Shown here in pieces: positions 25,751 through 32,503 of a stretch of DNA of 64,000 bases. Origin of the DNA: an uncultured Candidatus Peregrinibacteria bacterium (GTDB lineage: Bacteria > Patescibacteriota > Gracilibacteria > Peribacterales > Peribacteraceae); contig CAIKAD010000004.1 in the NCBI GenBank assembly GCA_903825315.1, forward strand, positions 6,298 through 70,297, in the 5' to 3' direction. Both the position numbers and the translations under genes were made by a program. Within the stretch, counting starts at the first letter, position 1. Each line of letters starts with the position of its first letter. The notes below the pieces were generated by a model. It worked only from the letters and a program-made list of their open reading frames with translations. It did no database searches and was not told where the DNA came from.

Positions 25751-25836
25751 AAGGACGGATTTCAACAGATATTCAGTGAGGGTTCTTTCTTTACCATTGA
25801 TGCAGTCCTCCCGAAAGTAGTCCGGAGTGCATGCTC

Positions 25837-25871
25837 TTGTGTACACAAATGTGCTATTAAATGTGTACACA
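25837..25871. promoter_or_regulatory. duplicated palindrome TGTGTACACA (candidate operator)
   Basis: TTGTGTACACAA (25837-25848) and TGTGTACACA (25862-25871), with centres 24 bp apart, in the region upstream of the GT2 gene. Function is not shown by sequence. Confidence 0.3.
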
Positions 25872-25902
25872 GGTTGCAGAAGATGCAGAGGATGCAGAGG
25901 AA

Positions 25903-26259
25903 TCAGAGGAGGGAGGCGTGGAGTTTGTGGAGGAGATATCCCACTCGTTGGATGTGGTCGTCGAAATGTTCAAGTTGGGTTTGTGTGAGGTAGCCCAGTG
26001 CTTTTGTGAGGAGGGTCTGGTAATGGAGTTCTTCCAGGGAACCCATGGCGATTTCGACGAAATGTCGACGTTCTCCCTGTGCTCGCCTGCCATTCCCTTC
26101 GGCTATATTCGTGGGGACGCTGTAACTGGACCGTCGCATCTGACTTGTCAAACCATATCGTTCTTCGCGAGGGAATGTCTTTGTGACTGCATAGATTTCT
26201 ATGCAGAGCTTGTGGGCTTCTTGCCAAACAATGAGTCGCTCATAAGGACGGATGCGCAT
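25903..26259 (-). CDS. four helix bundle protein (23S rRNA-intervening-sequence protein / Avd-like family)
   Basis: 118 aa. Family pattern LIVWQEAHKL...FPREERYGLTSQMRRSSYSVPTNIAEGNGR...IAMGSLEEL. The last codons (SLL*) lie inside repeat block 2. Confidence 0.9.
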   Translation of the reverse strand: MRIRPYERLIVWQEAHKLCIEIYAVTKTFPREERYGLTSQMRRSSYSVPTNIAEGNGRRAQGERRHFVEIAMGSLEELHYQTLLTKALGYLTQTQLEHFDDHIQRVGYLLHKLHASLL

Positions 26260-26340
26260 GGAGATAGCCTGGAACAGGTGCAGGAGGATGTCTTCATCCG
26301 TTCAAGAGGAAAGTTCGAGGTGGATCGTTCTTTTTGCATC

Positions 26341-26384
26341 AAGAAAACAAAAGACCGGTTCTCTGCGAGGAGAGAACCGGTCTT
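26341..26384 (-). terminator. rho-independent terminator downstream of hppA
   Basis: 13-bp perfect stem AAGACCGGTTCTC (26351-26363) / GAGAACCGGTCTT (26372-26384). On the minus strand it is followed by TTGTTTTCTT. Confidence 0.8.
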
Positions 26385-26422
26385 CTTCTGCATTGTCTGC
26401 ATCTCCTGATTCCTCTATATCC

Positions 26423-28492
26423 TCACATGAACAGAGCCGCCAAAGCCAACGTCAGCGTGGAGAACAACTTGATCAAGACGTGCAGCGACGGACCCGCAGT
26501 GTCCTTGAAGGGATCGCCAACGGTGTCGCCGGTTACGGCTGCCTGGTGCGCAGGGCTGCGCTTGCCGCCGTGAAGGCCGGTCTCAATCAACTTCTTGGCG
26601 TTGTCCCAAGCACCGCCGGCGTTGTTCAGATAGGCGGCCATGAGGACGCCCACAATGGTGCCTACCATCAACATGCCTGCCACAGCTTTTGCGCCCAGGA
26701 TGACGCCGATGAGGATGGGGGCGAGAACGGCCACAAGGCCGGGGAGGACCATTTCCTTGAGCGCGCCCTTGGTGGCAATGTCCACTGCTGCGGCGTAGTC
26801 CGGATCCACGGTTCCCTCCATGATTCCCTTGGTCTCGCGGAACTGACGACGTACTTCCTCGATGATCACGCTTGCGGCGCGGCCGACGGCGCGGATGGCG
26901 AGGGAGGTGAAGAAGAAGACGACCATGGCGCCAAGGAAGGCGCCGATGAACACCTTCATGTCGGCCAAGTTGATCACATCCAGTTTCTTCTCTTCCATGT
27001 AAGCGGAGAAGAGGAGGAAGGCGGCGAGGGCGGCCGAACCGACGGCGTAGCCCTTGGTGAGCGCCTTGGTCGTGTTCCCTGCCGCGTCCAACTCATCCGT
27101 CACGGTGCGGTACTCCTCCGGGGACTTGGACATCTCCACAATGCCGCCGGCGTTGTCCGTAATGGGTCCGAACATGTCCATGGAGAGCACGTAGCCGACC
27201 ACGGAAAGCATGCCCATGGTGGCGATGGCCGTGCCAAAGATGCCGCCGCCGGGGATGCCGGACTGGTTGCCGAACCAGTAGGAGGCGAAGAGCGCGAGAG
27301 AGACGACGAGCACTGTCAGTCCCGTCGATTCCATGCCGATGGCCGTGCCGGAGATGATGTTGGTGGCGTGGCCGGTCTTGGAGGCATCTGCAATGGCGCG
27401 GACGGGGCGGTGCTGTTTGCCCGTGTAGTAATCTGTAATGTACACGAACGCGACGGCCGTGAGCACGCCCGCGAGGCCGGCAAGGAAGAACCAGAGCCAG
27501 GAGCCGGGGTTATCGGGAGAGGAGAGGAGGAGCTTGGTGGAGGCAAGGAGAGCCAGGGTGGCCAGGATTGTCGTGACCCAGAAGCCGCGTGTGAGGGCCT
27601 TCATGGGCAGTTCGTTAGGCTTTGCCTTGACCGTGTAGACGCCGATGATCGCCGCAATCAAGCCGATGGAGCGGAGGATGAGCGGGAACATGATGCCGGG
27701 GAGGCCAAAGGCAACTGCGCCGAGCACCATGGCGCCGATGTTCTCGGCGGAGATGGATTCAAAGAGGTCCGCACCGCGTCCTGCGCAGTCGCCCACGTTG
27801 TCGCCAACGAGGTCGGCCACCACGGCCGGGTTGCGGGGGTCGTCTTCCGGAATGCCTGCCTCAATCTTTCCTACCAGGTCTGCACCCACATCCGCAGCCT
27901 TGGTGTAGATTCCGCCGCCGAGTTGGGCGAACAACGCCACAAAGCTGGCGCCGAAGCCGTAGCCCACGATGAGATTGGGAATGTTCGCCGGCTCGTAACC
28001 GAGGACCAGGCGGTAGACCAGGTAGAGGCCGCTGATTCCCAGGAGGGAGAGCGCCGTGATGACAATTGCGGGGACCGTTCCTCCGCGGAGTGCCATCTGG
28101 AGCGCCGCGTTGAGGCCCTTGCGGGAAGCGCTGGCGGTCTTCAGGTTGGCGCGCGTGGCAACGTACATGCTTACGATGCCGGAGAGGCCGGAGAGGACGG
28201 CGCCGAGGAGGAAGGAGATGGCGATTTCGATGCCGGAGGTCCAGCCGCCTTCGCCGCTCGTGATGCCGTAGACGAGCATCATGCCGGCAGCCACCACGAT
28301 GGAGAGGATGGCGATGGTGCGGTACTGGCGCTTGACGAAGGCGTTGGCGCCTTTGAGGATGGCGCTGGCGACCTTCTGCATGGCGGGCGTACCGTTGTCA
28401 GCCTTCTTCAGGGCGTTCCAAAAGACGAGGCTGTAGACGAGGCCGCAGAGGGCCACAACAGGGGCGATGAGCTCGAGAGTCAGATCGCTCAT
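26423..28492 (-). CDS. hppA: membrane-bound proton-translocating pyrophosphatase
   Basis: 689 aa, about 16 TM. Motifs GDNVGDCAGRGADLFES and GDTVGDPFKDTAGPSL. GNTTKA (Lys at the A/K switch position) suggests the K+-independent H+-pumping type. Confidence 0.95.
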   Translation of the reverse strand: MSDLTLELIAPVVALCGLVYSLVFWNALKKADNGTPAMQKVASAILKGANAFVKRQYRTIAILSIVVAAGMMLVYGITSGEGGWTSGIEIAISFLLGAVLSGLSGIVSMYVATRANLKTASASRKGLNAALQMALRGGTVPAIVITALSLLGISGLYLVYRLVLGYEPANIPNLIVGYGFGASFVALFAQLGGGIYTKAADVGADLVGKIEAGIPEDDPRNPAVVADLVGDNVGDCAGRGADLFESISAENIGAMVLGAVAFGLPGIMFPLILRSIGLIAAIIGVYTVKAKPNELPMKALTRGFWVTTILATLALLASTKLLLSSPDNPGSWLWFFLAGLAGVLTAVAFVYITDYYTGKQHRPVRAIADASKTGHATNIISGTAIGMESTGLTVLVVSLALFASYWFGNQSGIPGGGIFGTAIATMGMLSVVGYVLSMDMFGPITDNAGGIVEMSKSPEEYRTVTDELDAAGNTTKALTKGYAVGSAALAAFLLFSAYMEEKKLDVINLADMKVFIGAFLGAMVVFFFTSLAIRAVGRAASVIIEEVRRQFRETKGIMEGTVDPDYAAAVDIATKGALKEMVLPGLVAVLAPILIGVILGAKAVAGMLMVGTIVGVLMAAYLNNAGGAWDNAKKLIETGLHGGKRSPAHQAAVTGDTVGDPFKDTAGPSLHVLIKLFSTLTLALAALFM

Positions 28493-28706
28493 AAGGAGTG
28501 GGGGAAGATAGTTACGAAAACCTCCAGCGGAGGGCTGATTTCTGGCAGAGCGTAAGGGAAAGGGGGGGGAAAGGCAATATGGAGAGGAGGCCGAGGATTC
28601 TGACGATGCCAGGGATGCCGAAGAATACAGTTTTTGTCATAAGGATATCTTTGGAAAAGTGCATCGGACTCTTCGGAATTGTCGGCAACTTCGGCATTCT
28701 AGAGCC

Positions 28707-31184
28707 ATGAGTCCGTCATTCACGCCATACGCGAGACAGTTTGGGTATGATGGGGGCCACTTCCAGCGGAAGACTGTGCCCAGAAAAAAGGAAAAAGTCG
28801 GCAATCCGCGTCTTGCGACGCTGCGTAAACGCGTGGCCAAGGCTCCCACGGAGCCGGGTGTGTATCGCTGGATGGATGACGAAGGAACGGTTTTGTACGT
28901 CGGCAAGGCGAAGAACCTGAGGAACCGTCTGCGGTCGTACGTTACCAAAGATACGGGGGCGGGACCGTGGAAGCAGAGTTTCCTCGAGCAAATTACAGAC
29001 TTTGATGTGACAGTTACGAATACCGAAATCGAGGCGCTGATCTTTGAGACGAATCTCATCAAAGAATTGAAGCCGAAATACAACATCCTGATGAAGGATG
29101 ACAAGAACTATATCTACGCAAAGGTGACGGTGCAGGATCCCTTTCCACGCGTAGAAGCTGCGCGGAAGATTGCGGAGGATGGTTCAAAATATTTCGGACC
29201 GATGGCGACGGGCGGAGAGCTGTGGGCGATGCTGACAATGCTGAGGGCTATCTTTCCGTTTAGGACGTGTTCGATGGAGATTATTCCCCAAAGGAAGAAG
29301 GAAACCGAGGAATCCCAAGAAACCGAGGAAACCGAGGGGGTGCAGAAGAAAGATAGGATCGTATTGGAGGTGGAGTGTCATCATAAAGATCGTCCGACAC
29401 CGTGCCTGGATTTTCACATCGAGAAGTGTTCGGCGCCGTGCATTGGGAGAACAATGCCGGAGGAGTATCACAAGGAATCCGTCGAAGGCGTCATCAGGTT
29501 TCTCAAAGGCGACTACGAGAGCGTGCGGCCTGTCATTCAGGAAAGAATGAAGAAGGCCGCCGTGGAGAAGAAATTCGAGCTGGCGGCGCAGTTCCGTGAC
29601 TATCTGGCCGCACTGGACCGCCTTGAAGGGAAGCAGCTGATTACGGACACGTCCGGCGGGGATTCGGACATCATCGCCATTGCCGTTCTCTCCGGCCGAG
29701 CTGATGTGGTCATTATGCAGCGACGCGGGGGACGGTTGATCGGGGACAGGAACTTTTCCCTCGCCGGCCACGCGGAGAATTCCAGTGACGTGCTCGAACA
29801 ATTCCTCCCGCAGTTTTACGAGGAGGGATCGGAAGTACCGGAAGAAATTCTGGTCAATGCGTCACTCCCGGGGAAGGGGACACTGGAGGAATGGCTGACA
29901 GCTAAGAAGGGGCGCAAGGTCAACATCATCCTGCCGGCGCGTGGACGCAAATCCCATCTTCTCCAGCTGGCGGAGAAGAACGTGCTCGAAAAGGCCAGGC
30001 AGCGTGAGGCAAAGTGGGAAGCGGAAAAGCGGAACACGGAATCGGCGCTCGCACAGCTCCAAGAGTTGCTTTTGCTTCCCTCTGTACCGAAGCGCGTTGA
30101 GGGCTATGACATCAGTCACTTGGGCGGTACGGAAACCGTTGGGAGCATGGTCGTGATGGTCGATGGCAAGGCGCGCAATGATTTGTACCGGTCGTTTACC
30201 ATCCGCACCCTGCGTTCCGGCCAGGTGGATGATTACCAGGCGCTCAAGGAAGTGCTGGCACGGCGACTCCGCCACCTGCCGGAGATCCGCGAAGCGGAAA
30301 TGCAAAAGTGGGAGGAGGCGGGCATTACGTTAGGCAAGGCGAAGAAGGCGGAGCAGGAGCAGTTGGAGGCGGTGGTTCTGGAGGCATCCACGCTGAAGGA
30401 CCGCCCGCTCCAGTACAAGGAATGCTTTGTAGCGCGCGAAGGGGAGACTGTGGTCGCCGTGGGAAGGATCATTAGGCATCCTACGGCTCTGTTGGAGATT
30501 GAGCTCGCATGGGTCGCAGAACCGTACCAGCAGGGCGCGCTTGGCCAGGCGCTGCTGCGGACCATGCTCAAGACGGTGAAGAAAGGGAAGGCATATGTGT
30601 GCGTGGAGGCGGATAAAGAGAGCGCCTACGCGTCCCTCGGGTTCCGGTATGTCATCAAGCCTCCTCCGCTGTTTCAGGAAAGGGTGCAAACAGTAGGCTC
30701 AGGAACGGCCGCCTCTCTCGTGATGATGTACGAGGCGGCGCAGAACAAGGTGGATCCATCTCTTTCCTCCCGCCCCGATCTCCTCGTGATGGACGGCGGC
30801 AAGGGGCAGTTGAGTTCGGTCGTGGAGATCCTCAAGATGTTTAAGGTGGATATTCCCGTCATCGGCCTCGCCAAGCGGGAAGAGGAGGTGTTTGTGGACG
30901 ATCAGAGGGATCCCGTCCCATTCCCACACGACTCCCCTGCAAAGTTTCTGCTCATGCGGCTACGGGACGAGGCCCACCGATTCGCCAACCGCCACCGCGA
31001 GGCGCGCGGCAAGAAATCGACCAAGGCTTCCATCCTCGATGCTGTTCCGAGTTTGGGGGAGGAGGGGAAGAAGAAGCTGCTTAGAAAATTCGGGAGTATC
31101 TCGGGAATTCGGGAGGCTGCGGACGGGGAGCTATTGGAAATGTTGAGTGAGCTTCAGGTGCGGGAGTTGCGGAGGCATCTGTAA
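28707..31184 (+). CDS. uvrC: excinuclease ABC subunit C, unusually long (about 825 aa) with insertions
   Basis: GIY-YIG domain (PGVYRWMDDEGTVLYVGKAKNLRNRLRSY ... ETNLIKELKPKYNI), UVR domain (FELAAQFRDYLAAL), endonuclease V-like domain (VEGYDISHLGG ... LLVMDGGKGQL ... RDEAHRFA), and (HhH)2 at the C-terminus. The start is uncertain (ATG 28707 chosen). Confidence 0.9.
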   Translation: MSPSFTPYARQFGYDGGHFQRKTVPRKKEKVGNPRLATLRKRVAKAPTEPGVYRWMDDEGTVLYVGKAKNLRNRLRSYVTKDTGAGPWKQSFLEQITDFDVTVTNTEIEALIFETNLIKELKPKYNILMKDDKNYIYAKVTVQDPFPRVEAARKIAEDGSKYFGPMATGGELWAMLTMLRAIFPFRTCSMEIIPQRKKETEESQETEETEGVQKKDRIVLEVECHHKDRPTPCLDFHIEKCSAPCIGRTMPEEYHKESVEGVIRFLKGDYESVRPVIQERMKKAAVEKKFELAAQFRDYLAALDRLEGKQLITDTSGGDSDIIAIAVLSGRADVVIMQRRGGRLIGDRNFSLAGHAENSSDVLEQFLPQFYEEGSEVPEEILVNASLPGKGTLEEWLTAKKGRKVNIILPARGRKSHLLQLAEKNVLEKARQREAKWEAEKRNTESALAQLQELLLLPSVPKRVEGYDISHLGGTETVGSMVVMVDGKARNDLYRSFTIRTLRSGQVDDYQALKEVLARRLRHLPEIREAEMQKWEEAGITLGKAKKAEQEQLEAVVLEASTLKDRPLQYKECFVAREGETVVAVGRIIRHPTALLEIELAWVAEPYQQGALGQALLRTMLKTVKKGKAYVCVEADKESAYASLGFRYVIKPPPLFQERVQTVGSGTAASLVMMYEAAQNKVDPSLSSRPDLLVMDGGKGQLSSVVEILKMFKVDIPVIGLAKREEEVFVDDQRDPVPFPHDSPAKFLLMRLRDEAHRFANRHREARGKKSTKASILDAVPSLGEEGKKKLLRKFGSISGIREAADGELLEMLSELQVRELRRHL
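29301..29339. repeat. solo 9-nt-period repeat arm embedded in frame in uvrC
   Basis: GAAACCGAG|GAATCCCAA|GAAACCGAG|GAAACCGAG|GGG is almost identical to the left arm of the intergenic element at 13291-13327. It is translated as ETEESQETEETEG. No complementary arm is nearby. Confidence 0.8.
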
Positions 31185-31185
31185 C

Positions 31186-32037
31186 TTATTTCCGCGTCGC
31201 ATGGACACCGAGTTTGACGTACGTGAATCCATCGGAAGGCTCAAGTAACGTTGCCGGAGCATGCGCAGCATAGGCGTCTGCATATCGTGTATCTGTTTGT
31301 GAAAGGTGCGTGCAGCCTTCTCCCGGGAAGATCTTGCACTGCTGCATGGTCCAGCAACGGGGATCAAACGCTTCGCACAGCATGCCCATATGGTGCACGT
31401 GGTCTTGCAAGGGAACGTCGCCCTGCGTGGTGTGGAGGACGTGGCGGAACATCTGCGCATGCGGGTATGCACCATGCAGAGAAGAATCGAAGAGATCGAT
31501 GTCTCCATACGTAATTTGGTCACTTGGAATGAATGCGTTGCTCGTAAAGTACAGGGATCCACCGGTTTTGAGGCAAGTGGCGATGGGGTTGGTGGCGCAG
31601 CGGGGATGCGGAAAGCACACGGCATTAAAGCTGCTCACAGCCGCGTCCACGTGCCGGGCACTTCCGAGCTGAGGCAGGAATGTTTCCAGAGATGCCAGTG
31701 CATGTACTTCCTGCCGCGTTTGTAATCGTTCAAGGAGACAGGCGAGGGCAAAGCTGTCCGTACATTCCAAGATCTCCTTGTTGCCGGAAATGTTTTCCAG
31801 CATTGCGCGGGAACTGTCTACACCGAGCAGTGTTCTCCCGTGCCCCCGTAGGTTGGGGAACAGCCGTCCAGATCCGCACCCGGCATCAAGAACAATGCCC
31901 GTACCAGGCAGTGTTTCGCGGAGTACATCATGGAGCCAGTCGTTAATGCCTCGCTCGACAAGCTCGCCGTTCCCAATGCCCGAAACGGACTTGTAGGATT
32001 CCGCTGCCGCTACTGAGTACTGCTGGGCTTCGTCCAT
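31186..32037 (-). CDS. class I SAM-dependent methyltransferase
   Basis: 283 aa with motif I VLDAGCGSGRL. Its stop lies 1 nt from the convergent uvrC stop. Confidence 0.75.
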   Translation of the reverse strand: MDEAQQYSVAAAESYKSVSGIGNGELVERGINDWLHDVLRETLPGTGIVLDAGCGSGRLFPNLRGHGRTLLGVDSSRAMLENISGNKEILECTDSFALACLLERLQTRQEVHALASLETFLPQLGSARHVDAAVSSFNAVCFPHPRCATNPIATCLKTGGSLYFTSNAFIPSDQITYGDIDLFDSSLHGAYPHAQMFRHVLHTTQGDVPLQDHVHHMGMLCEAFDPRCWTMQQCKIFPGEGCTHLSQTDTRYADAYAAHAPATLLEPSDGFTYVKLGVHATRK

Positions 32038-32131
32038 GGCGGGGGAGTGTGTGCGCAGGAGGCTTCCAAGTCAATTTCTTTGCATTTTGCTCCTGCCATT
32101 CATACAATGGAGCATCTTTCCACCAACAACT

Positions 32132-32437
32132 ATGAAACGTTTCTCGCTCCTCCTCGGTGCCATCGGCGGTGCACTCGGCGGCTATCTCCTCACCAACGAA
32201 AAACTCCGTACAGACCTCATGAAGACTAAGAGCCCCGAGGCGGCGGCCAAGCTGCTTGGCAAACATCTGCAAACCGATGGCAAGAAGATTGCCAAAGAAG
32301 CCAAGGCCTTCCTTGAGAGCGATGACGTGCAGAAAAACCTCTCCAAGGCCAAAAAGCTCGCCACGGCCAAGTTTAAGGAAGCCAAGAAGGAGGCGAATCG
32401 GCTGATCAAGCGAGCGACCAAGGGGAGTGAAGCTTGA
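32132..32437 (+). CDS. small Lys-rich membrane-anchored protein (YtxH-like by eye)
   Basis: ORF 32036..32437 with the start moved to the ATG at 32132 (MKRFSLLLGAIGGALGGYLL). Followed by a Lys/Ala/Glu helical tail. Confidence 0.45.
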   Translation: MKRFSLLLGAIGGALGGYLLTNEKLRTDLMKTKSPEAAAKLLGKHLQTDGKKIAKEAKAFLESDDVQKNLSKAKKLATAKFKEAKKEANRLIKRATKGSEA

Positions 32438-32503
32438 TCCTGGGCGATTCCGGTAATGGATTCCGCCTAGGACATGCTAGCCAAGAAGGAGGCAGAAGTT
32501 TTT

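Larger units (their letters stand above)
25872..26424. mobile_element. four-helix-bundle gene cassette 1 bounded by inverted 9-nt-period repeat blocks
   Basis: Block 2 is GAAGATGCA|GAGGATGCA|GAGGAATCA|GAGGAGGGA (25879-25914). The inverted block 3 is TGCATTGTC|TGCATCTCC|TGATTCCTC|TATATCCTC (26389-26424). They enclose the 4HB ORF and a terminator hairpin. Mobility is inferred, not shown. Confidence 0.5.

Noticed and set aside
25903-26259. Four-helix-bundle (Avd-like) genes as markers of a diversity-generating retroelement, possibly targeting the giant ORF
   Set aside because: The window contains no reverse transcriptase gene, no template/variable repeat pair and no C-type-lectin-type VR. Only the accessory-protein fold family is shared.
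26252-28555. 767-aa plus-strand ORF
   Set aside because: Antisense shadow of the pyrophosphatase gene. The minus frame has all the H+-PPase motifs, while the plus product is Gly/Arg/Asp/Glu-rich nonsense.
31182-31188. Convergent uvrC and methyltransferase stops separated by a single nucleotide, considered as a possible overlap-regulation feature
   Set aside because: Tight convergent packing is common in compact genomes. No hairpin or other signal is visible, so nothing specific can be claimed.
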